The notes under the pieces are model-generated. The model was not told where the DNA came from. It saw only the letters and a program-made list of their open reading frames with translations, and did no database searches. Positions 1 through 9,280 of a stretch of DNA of 64,000 bases are shown piece after piece. The DNA lies in the NCBI GenBank assembly GCA_003220435.1, contig QHSL01000089.1, forward strand, positions 2,106-66,105, written 5' to 3'. Made by a program: the position numbers and the translations under genes. This stretch comes from Candidatus Rokuibacteriota bacterium. Its GTDB lineage: Bacteria > Methylomirabilota > Methylomirabilia > Rokubacteriales > CSP1-6. Numbering within the stretch: the first letter of the stretch is position 1; the number at the start of each line of letters is the position of its first letter.

Positions 1-385
1 TCCCCTTCCGCCCGTATGCCTCGAGCGCCCGGAACGCCTCGTTCAGCGCGAGGAAGACCTCGAGCGTCAACGCCTCCCGGACCGAGCGGGCGTTCTCGCG
101 CGCCTTCCGCAGCGAGAGGTGAATCGAATACGGATTCCCCTGGTCGATGAAGAAGGCGTGGAGGTACGGCATCGAGAGCGGCGCGAACGGCGTGACCTCG
201 CGCGAGAGCTGCGCCGAAGGAAAGATTGTCAGCATGTCCTTCCAGGCGGTCTGCGCGAGGTCCTCGGCGAGTCCCTGGGTCTCGGACGAGAAATCCTCGG
301 TCACGAGCAGGAGGCGCGTGATGTTCTCGGCGCGCTCCAGATACCGGCCCATCCAGTAGAGCGAGTCGGCGACGCGCGAGAGCAT
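1..385 (-). CDS. alpha-E domain protein, N-terminal ~128 codons (gene continues past the window start)
   Basis: Absent from the ORF track because it is open at the window edge. The minus-strand ATG at 385..383 reads MLSRVADSLYWMGRYLERAENITRLLLVTEDFS..., the typical N-terminus of alpha-E proteins that pair with circularly permuted ATP-grasp enzymes. This ATG overlaps the TGA (387..385) of the upstream gene. Confidence 0.8.
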   Translation of the reverse strand, partial: MLSRVADSLYWMGRYLERAENITRLLLVTEDFSSETQGLAEDLAQTAWKDMLTIFPSAQLSREVTPFAPLSMPYLHAFFIDQGNPYSIHLSLRKARENARSVREALTLEVFLALNEAFRALEAYGRKG

Positions 386-1824
386 CAGGCGGCCCCCTTC
401 GAGGCCAGGACCCAGGTGTCCTTGCTGCCTCCGCCCTGGGAGGAGTTGACGACGTACGAGCCCGGCCGAAGCGCGACGCGCGTGAGCCCGCCCGGGAGCA
501 CGCGGACCGACTCGCCGTAGAGGATGAACGGCCGCAGATCGACGCGGCGCGGCTCGAACTTGCCGTCGGTGTAGGTGGGGTGCGCGGACAGCTCGATCAG
601 GGGCTGGGCGATGTAGTTGCCGGGATTCTTCTTCATCTGCCCGACGTAGACCGCGATCTCGCGCTTGCTCGCGAAGGGCCCCATGAGCATGCCGTACCCG
701 CCCGAGTCGCCGGCGGTCTTGATGACGAGCTCGTGCGCGTGGTCGCGGATGTACGCGAAGTCCTGGGGTCGCAAGCCGAGATACGTCGAGACTTGAGGAA
801 GGAGCGCGTCCTCGCCGAGGTAATAGCGGATCAGCGCCGGCATGAAGGCGTAAACCGACTTGTCGTCGGCCACGCCGGCGCCGGGCGCGTTGGCGAGGGC
901 CACGTTCCCTTCGCGATAGACGTTCACGAGCCCCGGCACGCCGAGCATGCTGTCGCGGCGGAACGTGAGCGGATCCAGGAAGTCGTCGTCGATCCGCCGA
1001 TAGATCACGTCGACCTTCTGCTTGCCGCTGGTGGTGCGCATGAAGACGTAGTTGTCCTCGACGATCAGGTCGCGCCCCTCGACGAGGGTGACTCCCATCT
1101 CGCGGGCCAGGAACGAGTGCTCGAAGTACGCCGAGTTCGCCATGCCCGGGGTGAGGATCACGACGACCGGCTTCTCGCTCGCGCGCGGCGCCGAGCGAAG
1201 GAGCGTGTCGAGCAGGAGGTTCGGGTAGTCCTTGATCGGCCGGACGCCGTAGTACTTGAAGAACTCGGGGAAGACGCGGTTGAGGGTATTGCGATTCTCG
1301 AGGACGTACGACACGCCCGAGGGACAGCGGCAATTGTCCTCGAGCACGAGGTACTCGCCCTTGTCGTTGCGGATGACGTCGGTCCCCACCACATGGGTGA
1401 AGATCTGCCGTGGGGGGATAACGTTCAGGAGCTCGCGCTTGTACTCCTTGCGCGAGAGAAGGAGCTCGGGCGGGATGACCCGGTCCTTGAGGCACTTCTG
1501 GCCCTGGTACACGTCCAGGATGAAGAGGTTGAGAGCGGTGACCCGCTGGACCAGCCCCGCCTGGAGGCGCTCCCACTCGCGCGCCGGAATGACCCGGGGC
1601 ACGAAGTCGAACGGGAAGATGCGTTCGGTGCCCTCCTTCTCACCGTAGATGGTGAAGGTGATGCCCTGGTCGATGAGCGAGAGCTTCTGCAGCCGCTCGC
1701 GACGCTCGATCTCGTCCTGGGTGAAGGACTCGAGGATCGAGACGAGCGGCCGGTAGTGCGGGCGCGGCGTCCCGGTCTTGTCGAAGGCTTCGTCGAATGC
1801 GCGCGCCTCGGGCACCCATTTCAT
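385..1824 (-). CDS. circularly permuted type-2 ATP-grasp protein
   Basis: 479-aa ORF with family-typical segments (LVLEDNCRCPSGVSYVLENR, GNVALANAPGAGVADDK, VVNSSQGGGSKDTWV). Coupled 4 nt to the alpha-E gene. Confidence 0.85.
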   Translation of the reverse strand: MKWVPEARAFDEAFDKTGTPRPHYRPLVSILESFTQDEIERRERLQKLSLIDQGITFTIYGEKEGTERIFPFDFVPRVIPAREWERLQAGLVQRVTALNLFILDVYQGQKCLKDRVIPPELLLSRKEYKRELLNVIPPRQIFTHVVGTDVIRNDKGEYLVLEDNCRCPSGVSYVLENRNTLNRVFPEFFKYYGVRPIKDYPNLLLDTLLRSAPRASEKPVVVILTPGMANSAYFEHSFLAREMGVTLVEGRDLIVEDNYVFMRTTSGKQKVDVIYRRIDDDFLDPLTFRRDSMLGVPGLVNVYREGNVALANAPGAGVADDKSVYAFMPALIRYYLGEDALLPQVSTYLGLRPQDFAYIRDHAHELVIKTAGDSGGYGMLMGPFASKREIAVYVGQMKKNPGNYIAQPLIELSAHPTYTDGKFEPRRVDLRPFILYGESVRVLPGGLTRVALRPGSYVVNSSQGGGSKDTWVLASKGAA

Positions 1825-1932
1825 GGGGCTGAGAATAGCATTCCGGCGAGAGACCGTAACCTCCCCGCTCGTCTCTACGGACGGCGATCCGCGATTGGAT
1901 GTCGGCCGTAGTCGTGGTAGGGAAAGACGGGC

Positions 1933-2487
1933 ATGGCGACGTCGGGCGCGGATCTCCTCAGGCGGATCGCCGCCGGTGACCGGGAGGCGTTCGCCGTGTT
2001 CTACGATTGGTATGCTCCCGTGGTGTTTCCGCTGATCCTGCGAATCGTCCGCGAGCGCGCCGACGCCAGCGACGTGCTTCAGGAGCTGTTCTGGGAGGCG
2101 TGGCAGAGCGCCGGCCGGTACGACCCGGCGCGCGGAAGCCCCGAGGCCTGGATGGTGATGCGGGCGCGCTCGCGCGCGATCGATCGCGTGCGGTCGACGC
2201 GCCGGCGAAGCAGCACGTTCGTGGCCCCGCTGGACGATGCCGCGGCCGCGGTGCCCGGCAGCGAGCGGGCGCGCGATGCTGCGGAGCTCGCCGAGGATCG
2301 CGGGATGGTCCGAAGCGCGCTCGAGCGGCTGCCCGGGCCGCAGCGCGAGGTCATCGAGCTCGCGTACTACGCGGGGCTCACGCAGACGGAGATCGCCGAG
2401 CGACTCAAGCAGCCGCTCGGCACGGTGAAGACGCGGATCCGGCTCGGCCTCGAGCGGCTCCGCGAGGTAGTGCAGGCGAGCCCATGA
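1933..2487 (+). CDS. ECF-type RNA polymerase sigma factor
   Basis: 184 aa. Region 2 reads DASDVLQELFWEAW and region 4 reads YAGLTQTEIAERLKQPLGTVKTRIRLGL. The stop overlaps the anti-sigma start (ATGA at 2484-2487). Confidence 0.9.
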   Translation: MATSGADLLRRIAAGDREAFAVFYDWYAPVVFPLILRIVRERADASDVLQELFWEAWQSAGRYDPARGSPEAWMVMRARSRAIDRVRSTRRRSSTFVAPLDDAAAAVPGSERARDAAELAEDRGMVRSALERLPGPQREVIELAYYAGLTQTEIAERLKQPLGTVKTRIRLGLERLREVVQASP

Positions 2488-3272
2488 GTCACGAGCCCTT
2501 CGATACGCTCGCGGCGGCGTGGGCCGTCGGCGCTCTCGACGGCGAGGAGCGCGCGGTGTTCGAGCGCCACCTGGCCGATGGGTGCGACGTCTGCGAGGCG
2601 GAGCTGCGCTCGTCCGCCGAGGCGCTGGCGGCGGCTGCGCGCTCGGTGCCGCCGATGATCCCGCCGTCCCAGGTGAAGGAGGCGCTCCTGCGGCGGATCA
2701 CCGCGACCGGATCGGCGCGACGCGAGACGCTGCCCCCCCGGCGGCTGGTCTGGGCGGTGGGATCGCTGGTCGCGGTCCTCGCGGGCGCCGGCTTCACCGC
2801 CACCTTCGTGGCGACGCGCTACGAGGCCCGCCTGGGGCAGGTGGCGCGCGAGGCGGCGGCCCTGCGCGCGAGCGTCCAGCGCGACGAGGCTGCGCTACGC
2901 GAGCAAATCGCGGTGTACCAGGGCGCCGTCGATCTCTTGCGCGATCCGGCCACTCAGATCGTCCTGCTGCGCGGCCTCGGGCCGAGTCCCCGGGCCAACG
3001 GTCGCGTGATCTGGCATCCGGTCGCCGGGGGGCACCTGTTCGTCGCGAACCTGCCGGCGCCGCCGCCGGGCAAGGCCTACGAGCTGTGGACGATCGGCGA
3101 CGCGGCGCCGCAGCCGGCCGGCGTCTTCCAGGTCGACGGGTCGGGGCGCGGAACGTATCGCATCGGCCCCGTGGCGGGCGGTCAGCCGGTCAAGGTTTTC
3201 GCGGTGACGCTCGAGCCCGAAGGCGGGGTGCCGGCGCCGACGGGCCCGATGGTGATGGCGTCGGTCAAGTAG
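2484..3272 (+). CDS. zinc-binding anti-sigma factor (RskA-like, one TM helix, periplasmic C-domain)
   Basis: Internal ATG of the 2007..3272 ORF. Contains the HLADGCDVCEAEL (H-x3-C-x2-C) motif, a TM segment LVWAVGSLVAVLAGAGFTATFVA, and a C-terminal AYELWTIG...FAVTLEPEGG domain. Confidence 0.85.
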   Translation: MSHEPFDTLAAAWAVGALDGEERAVFERHLADGCDVCEAELRSSAEALAAAARSVPPMIPPSQVKEALLRRITATGSARRETLPPRRLVWAVGSLVAVLAGAGFTATFVATRYEARLGQVAREAAALRASVQRDEAALREQIAVYQGAVDLLRDPATQIVLLRGLGPSPRANGRVIWHPVAGGHLFVANLPAPPPGKAYELWTIGDAAPQPAGVFQVDGSGRGTYRIGPVAGGQPVKVFAVTLEPEGGVPAPTGPMVMASVK

Positions 3273-3283
3273 CCGGCTTCCGA

Positions 3284-3841
3284 TCACACGCGCCGGCGCG
3301 CGGCGTGAAGGACTGCGACGATCGTCATCGAGTCCTTGATCTCGTCGCGCTCGACCATGCGTACGACCTCGGTGAAGGGAAACGCACGTACCTCGATGAA
3401 CTCCGTCGGATCGGCTGAGCGCGCGGCCGGACGGAGCCCCTCGGCGAGGTAGATGTTCGCCGTCTCGTCGACGACGCTCTTGGAGGTGTGGTAGGCGCAG
3501 ACCTTCACGACCCGGTCGGCGACGTAGCCCGCTTCCTCCGCGAGCTCGCGCTGGACGGCCTCGGTCTCGCTCTCGCCGGGCTTGATCCCGCCGGTCGGCA
3601 TCTCCCAGTAGAAGTCGCGCGCCACATAACGGTACTGGCCGACGAGGACGACCGTGTCGGGGTCCAGGAACGGAAGGATGCCCACGCAGTGGCCGCATTG
3701 CACGACCCCGTAGACCGTCGTCCGGCCGTCCGGAAGCTCGACCTGATCCTCGCGCACGCGGATCCAACGGTTCTCGTAGACGGGACGGCTCGCGAGCGTC
3801 CGCCACTGCGTTCGGGCGAGGGTGGTTTTCGGGTCGCGCAT
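3284..3841 (-). CDS. NUDIX hydrolase (ADP-ribose pyrophosphatase-like)
   Basis: 185-aa C-terminal part of the 3284..4291 ORF, starting MRDPKTT. The NUDIX box is GGIKPGESETEAVQRELAEEAG. The upstream extension is Arg/Ser-rich and non-protein-like. Confidence 0.85.
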   Translation of the reverse strand: MRDPKTTLARTQWRTLASRPVYENRWIRVREDQVELPDGRTTVYGVVQCGHCVGILPFLDPDTVVLVGQYRYVARDFYWEMPTGGIKPGESETEAVQRELAEEAGYVADRVVKVCAYHTSKSVVDETANIYLAEGLRPAARSADPTEFIEVRAFPFTEVVRMVERDEIKDSMTIVAVLHAARRRV

Positions 3842-3845
3842 CGCG

Positions 3846-4427
3846 ATGGAGTATACTTCGTTCCCTATGAGCCTTCCGAACCCCGTCGAAGCACTGTGGA
3901 GCGACCTGCAAGCGGTGCGTGCGGACGTGCTCGCGGAAGCCGAGCGCCTCTCGCAGCGGCAGGCCGACTGGAAGCCCGGCGAGAAGGACTGGTCGGTCGG
4001 CGAGATCGTGCACCATCTGACCATCTCCGAGATCGCGACGGGCAAGCTGACCACGAAGCTCGCGCGCGAGGCGGAGGCGGCCGGCACGCTGGCGCCGTTC
4101 CCGGCGGGTCTGGTCCAGTTCAAGCCGATGCCTCCGATGCCGATCGGACCCGCCGAGGCGCCGCCGGTCGTCTGGCCGGAGCACGGCAAGCCGATCGGCG
4201 AGCTGATCGCCACGATGAAGGCCACGCGCGAGCGGAGCCGCCAGTCGATCGAGCGGCTCGCGACGCTCGATCCGCAGAGGCTCACGTTCAAGCACCTCCA
4301 CCTGGGCGAGCTCGACCTCGCGCAGTGGTGGAGGCTCCAGGCCCAGCACGACGGAATTCATCTCGCCCAGATCCGGGACGTCAAGCGCACGCCGGGCTTC
4401 CCGCAGAGCTCGCTGGGCGGCCGGTGA
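3846..4427 (+). CDS. DinB-family metal-dependent protein
   Basis: DinB_2-like pattern (WSVGEIVHHL ... QHDGIHLAQI). The start is uncertain: ATG at 3846 or 3867. The track start at 3822 would overlap the divergent NUDIX gene. Confidence 0.7.
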   Translation: MEYTSFPMSLPNPVEALWSDLQAVRADVLAEAERLSQRQADWKPGEKDWSVGEIVHHLTISEIATGKLTTKLAREAEAAGTLAPFPAGLVQFKPMPPMPIGPAEAPPVVWPEHGKPIGELIATMKATRERSRQSIERLATLDPQRLTFKHLHLGELDLAQWWRLQAQHDGIHLAQIRDVKRTPGFPQSSLGGR

Positions 4428-4633
4428 AGGTCATTTTGAGAAATCCGCGGCGCGAGGTCGACCTGGCCGGCAATCGTCGGGTGAAGGAGATCTTGCGCGA
4501 GCTCGCGATCGTCCCCGAGACGGTGCTGGTCATCTGCGGCGACGACCTCGTCACCGCCGACCACGTGGTGCGCGACGACGAAACGATCGAGCTCCGGCCC
4601 GTGATGTCCGGCGGCGGGGAGCCCACGCGGTGA
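4424..4633 (+). CDS. ttuB: ThiS/MoaD-fold sulfur-carrier protein, TtuB-like, with residues after the Gly-Gly
   Basis: 69-aa GTG-start ORF: VKVILRNPRREVDLAGNRRVKEILRELAIVPETVLVICGDDLVTADHVVRDDETIELRPVMSGGGEPTR. It has a beta-grasp carrier pattern and GTGA/GTGA overlaps with both neighbours. It sits directly upstream of ttuA. Confidence 0.7.
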   Translation: MKVILRNPRREVDLAGNRRVKEILRELAIVPETVLVICGDDLVTADHVVRDDETIELRPVMSGGGEPTR

Positions 4634-5535
4634 AGTGTCGCAAGTGCGGGGCGCCGGCCACCCTCGAGCTGCGGCGTCACAACGCCGCGTTCTGCGCGCC
4701 CGACTTCATGGAGTTCTTCCGGAATCAGGTGCGGGAGGCCATCCGCAAGCACCGGATGTTCACGAAGGACGAGCACGTGCTGGTCGCGGTGTCGGGCGGC
4801 AAGGACTCGCTCGCGCTCTGGGATGTCCTGATCGACGAGGGCTATCGGACGACGGGGCTCTATCTCGATCTCGGCATCTTCGACTATTCGGTCGAGTCGA
4901 AGGCCCGGTGCGAGAAGTTCGCCGCGGCGCGGTCCGTCCCGCTCATCGTCTCGGCAGTCGCCGAGGAGGTGGGCGCGCCGGTCCCGGTCATCCAATCCGT
5001 GACGCGCCGCCCGCCGTGCTCGGGCTGCGGCCTCTCGAAGCGCTACCTGATGAACCGCGTGGCGCTCGAGCACGATATTCCCGTCGTCGCGACCGGCCAC
5101 AACCTCGACGACGAGGCCGCCACGCTCTTCGGCTCGGTCATGCACTGGCAAACCGATGCGCTGCCCCGGCAGTCCCCCGCGCTGCCGTCGACGCACCCGA
5201 AGCTGGTCCGGCGGGTGAAGCCGCTCTACCGGCTCTCCGAGCTGGAGACGGCCGCATTCGCCTTCTTGAGGAAGATCGACTACATCGTGGAGGAGTGCCC
5301 CTTCGCCGCCGGCGCGACGTCGATCACCCACAAGGAGATCCTGAGCCGCCTGGAAGCGGCCTCGCCCGGCGCCAAGCACAACTTCCTGTTCGGCTTCCTC
5401 GACCGCGCGCGCCCGGCGTTCGAGCGCGCGGAGGCGGTGACGCTCAACGAGTGCGCGCGCTGCGGCCAGGTGACGACCGGGACGATCTGCGCCTTCTGCA
5501 AGATGTCCGATCAGGTCAAGCGGCGGGTTTCCTAG
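4630..5535 (+). CDS. ttuA: tRNA 2-thiolation ATP-pyrophosphatase, TtuA/TtcA family
   Basis: PP-loop SGGKDS, Fe-S/zinc cysteines (CRKCG..., PPCSGCG, ECPF, CARCG...CAFC), HNLDDEA motif. Confidence 0.85.
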   Translation: MKCRKCGAPATLELRRHNAAFCAPDFMEFFRNQVREAIRKHRMFTKDEHVLVAVSGGKDSLALWDVLIDEGYRTTGLYLDLGIFDYSVESKARCEKFAAARSVPLIVSAVAEEVGAPVPVIQSVTRRPPCSGCGLSKRYLMNRVALEHDIPVVATGHNLDDEAATLFGSVMHWQTDALPRQSPALPSTHPKLVRRVKPLYRLSELETAAFAFLRKIDYIVEECPFAAGATSITHKEILSRLEAASPGAKHNFLFGFLDRARPAFERAEAVTLNECARCGQVTTGTICAFCKMSDQVKRRVS

Positions 5536-5622
5536 CTCTCACGGCCCTTCCCCCCTGCCGTCAACAATCCTACCTAGGTACGCTGACCGTCAAACTGCGC
5601 GGATCAGTCTTTCCGGCCCGGT

Positions 5623-5652
5623 TTGCGCCGTCCCCGGATGACCCGGTAAGAT
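5623..5652 (+). promoter_or_regulatory. sigma-70-type promoter candidate for the thiolase gene (TTGCGC-N18-TAAGAT)
   Basis: Hexamers at 5623-5628 and 5647-5652. GAGGAGG Shine-Dalgarno lies 6 nt before the ATG at 5684. Identical hexamers and spacing recur upstream of apt. Confidence 0.4.
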
Positions 5653-5683
5653 GAATTGTTTCTAGTTTCGCGAGGAGGCTGTC

Positions 5684-6829
<1,146 letters not shown>

Positions 6830-6850
6830 CCGAGCGCTCCGGAGGGACCG

Positions 6851-6934
6851 ATGGCTGGGTTTCGCTGCGCGAAGTGCGGGAAGGTCGCGATGGCGCAGAA
6901 GATCTGTTGCGGCCGTCCCATGAAGCGCGCCTGA
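6851..6934 (+). CDS. 27-aa Cys-rich micro-protein (candidate)
   Basis: Translation is MAGFRCAKCGKVAMAQKICCGRPMKRA. GGAGGG lies 4-5 nt upstream of the ATG. It sits in the thiolase / kinase-operon intergenic gap. No family recognised. Confidence 0.3.
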   Translation: MAGFRCAKCGKVAMAQKICCGRPMKRA

Positions 6935-6958
6935 AGCGGCGCGTCGAGCGTCTGCTGG

Positions 6959-9280
6959 TCAGACGCTGGCGAGCGCGTCCTGGATCGCCGTGTCGAGCTC
7001 GCCGATGCGGACGGGCTTGAACAGGCACTTGCGGATCCGGAGCGTCTTGAGCCGTCCGTGGTCTTCCTCGCGTAGCCCCCAGCCGGTGATGAGCAGGATG
7101 GCGGTGTGCGAATCGACCCGGCGGACCCGCTCGGCGAGCTCCCAGCCGTTGATGCCGGCCATGCCGAGATTGCTCAGCACCACGTCGAAGCGTCCCGGCG
7201 CGTAGGCGGCGAGCCCGGCCCCACCGCTCGCCGCCGCGGTCACCGTGTGGCCCACGCTTCGCAGCTGCTCGGTCAGGGTGCCCAGCACCTTCTGATCGTC
7301 GTCCACGAGAAGAACACGCGCGGGCCGCCGCGCCCGTCGCAGCTGTGCGTCGGGCTCGGTGCCGACCGGCTCGCTGGCGACCGGGAAGGTGAGGGTGAAG
7401 GTGGCGCCGCGCCCAGGCTCGCTCTCGACGCGGATCTCGCCCCCGTGCCGCCGCACGATCGAGTAGACCATCGACAGGCCCAGGCCGGACCCCGCGTCGC
7501 CCTTGGTCGAGAAGAACGGCTCGAAGATCCGCCGCCGGACCGGCTCCGGCATGCCGATGCCGGTGTCGGTCACCGTCAGCACGATGTGGCGACCGAAGTC
7601 GCTGCGGGTGTCGATCGTCAGCGTGCCACCGTCGGGCATCGCGTCGAGCGCGTTCAGGATGAGGTTCGTCATCACTTCGGTCAGCGCCGGCGGCCGACCG
7701 TTGATTGTCTCGATCGTCCCGAGGTTCAACCGAAGGTCGAGCGGCCGGTTGTCGCGTGCGATCTTCTCCTCCCAGCGCGGGCGGATGAGCGCGACGGCGT
7801 CGTGCACGATCTGGTTCAGATCCACGCCGACCGGTGGTTCGTCGGGCCGCAGGCGCGCGAATTGCTGGATGCGGCGCACGGTCTCGGAGCCGTCGACCGC
7901 CGCCGCCTCGACGACGTTGAGCGAGCGACTGACGAACTCGGCGTCGCGCGGGTTCTGCTTCATGAGCTGGGCGTAGCCGAGGATCGCCTGCAGGAGGTTG
8001 TTGAAGTCGTGCGCGATGCCGCCGGCGAGCTGCCCGAGCGCGGTGAGCTTCTCGGACCGTCGGTGCTGGGTCTCGACCTCCCGCTGCGCCGTGATGTCGC
8101 GGACGATCGCGATCAGCCCCTCGAGGCTGCCGTGGCGGCCGTGGCGGGCCGAGAGCGTCACCGCGAGCTCCACCGGGCGGGTGTGGCCCACCGTGACGCT
8201 GGTCTCGAAGGCGTGCCGCGCCGTCCCGCCGGCGAGCCGGCGCTTGGCATCGCCGTAGTCGCCGCGGGGGAGCAGCTCGGTGATGGGCCGCCCATTCGCC
8301 TGCTCGGGGGTGAGACCGAAGATGCGCTCGGCGGCCGGGTTCCAAATGCTGCCCTCGACGCGATCCTCCGGCGAAACCGCGATGATCGCGTCGCCGGCGG
8401 AGGCGATGAGCTGCTCGAGCGATCGCTTCGTGTCGGTGATCTCGCCGTAGAGCCGGGAGTTCCGCAGCGCGATGGCCAGATACTCCGAGAGCATCTCGAG
8501 CAGCTCGCGCTCGCGGGGATCGATGGGCCGCTGTGACGGCCGGTTGTCGATCACGAGGTGGCCGAGCGGGCCCCCTCCATCCTGGATCGCGCACGTCATG
8601 ACCGCGGGCGCGCCCTTGTCGAGGCTCTTGGGCGGCTCCGAGACGATCTCGACCTTGTCGTAGCCGAGCGCCGTCCGGAGCTGCTCGGTGACGGCGGCCG
8701 TCAACCGCTGCGGATCGAGCTGATCGACGATCGTCCGCGAGATCTCGCGAACGATCGAGAGCTGGGTGACGCGAAGGGACTGCTCGGCAGCTTCGCGTCG
8801 GGCCGCCTCCTCGAGCTTCCCGGAATTGGCCGAGAGCTGCCGCATCTCCTCCACGAGCTTGGCGATCTGGCCGCGCGCCCCGACGTCGGCCCGGCGCCGC
8901 AGCAGCGCGCGATGGACGACGTCTTCCAGGTCCTGGCGCGAGAACGGCTTGATGAGGTACTCGAAGGCGCCATGCGTCAGCGCGTGCTTGACCGTCTCGA
9001 GCGACGCGTAGGCGGTGATCATGACGACTTCGATCGACGGGTCGGTGCGCTTGACGTGGCGGAGGAGCTCGAGCCCGTCCATCTCGGGCATCTTGATGTC
9101 CATGATGACGATGTCCGGCTGGAATCGCGGGAGCTGCTCGAGGGCCACGCGTCCGTTCTCGGCCGTCTGGATCTGATAGTGGGGCTTGAGCAGCATGCGC
9201 AGCGACTCGCGCGGACCGAGCTCGTCGTCGACGACGAGGACGCGCGCGAGCGGCGTGACCGCGGGGGCCGCCGTGCTCAT
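6959..9280 (-). CDS. hybrid sensor histidine kinase: REC - coiled coil/GAF-like - PAS - HisKA - HATPase - REC
   Basis: The N-terminal REC reads DIVIMDIKMPEMDG...LIKPF. H-box GIAHDFNNLLQAILGY, N-box NLILNALDAM, G1 DTGIGM, G2 GSGLGLSMV. The C-terminal REC reads VVLSNLGMAGINGW, with Asn at the acceptor position. Confidence 0.9.
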   Translation of the reverse strand: MSTAAPAVTPLARVLVVDDELGPRESLRMLLKPHYQIQTAENGRVALEQLPRFQPDIVIMDIKMPEMDGLELLRHVKRTDPSIEVVMITAYASLETVKHALTHGAFEYLIKPFSRQDLEDVVHRALLRRRADVGARGQIAKLVEEMRQLSANSGKLEEAARREAAEQSLRVTQLSIVREISRTIVDQLDPQRLTAAVTEQLRTALGYDKVEIVSEPPKSLDKGAPAVMTCAIQDGGGPLGHLVIDNRPSQRPIDPRERELLEMLSEYLAIALRNSRLYGEITDTKRSLEQLIASAGDAIIAVSPEDRVEGSIWNPAAERIFGLTPEQANGRPITELLPRGDYGDAKRRLAGGTARHAFETSVTVGHTRPVELAVTLSARHGRHGSLEGLIAIVRDITAQREVETQHRRSEKLTALGQLAGGIAHDFNNLLQAILGYAQLMKQNPRDAEFVSRSLNVVEAAAVDGSETVRRIQQFARLRPDEPPVGVDLNQIVHDAVALIRPRWEEKIARDNRPLDLRLNLGTIETINGRPPALTEVMTNLILNALDAMPDGGTLTIDTRSDFGRHIVLTVTDTGIGMPEPVRRRIFEPFFSTKGDAGSGLGLSMVYSIVRRHGGEIRVESEPGRGATFTLTFPVASEPVGTEPDAQLRRARRPARVLLVDDDQKVLGTLTEQLRSVGHTVTAAASGGAGLAAYAPGRFDVVLSNLGMAGINGWELAERVRRVDSHTAILLITGWGLREEDHGRLKTLRIRKCLFKPVRIGELDTAIQDALASV

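Noticed and set aside
2007-2483. Long N-terminal extension of the anti-sigma ORF (track start 2007).
   Set aside because: This part overlaps the sigma-factor gene in another frame and is Arg/Ala-rich. The internal ATG at 2484 overlaps the sigma stop and begins directly with the zinc-binding anti-sigma domain.
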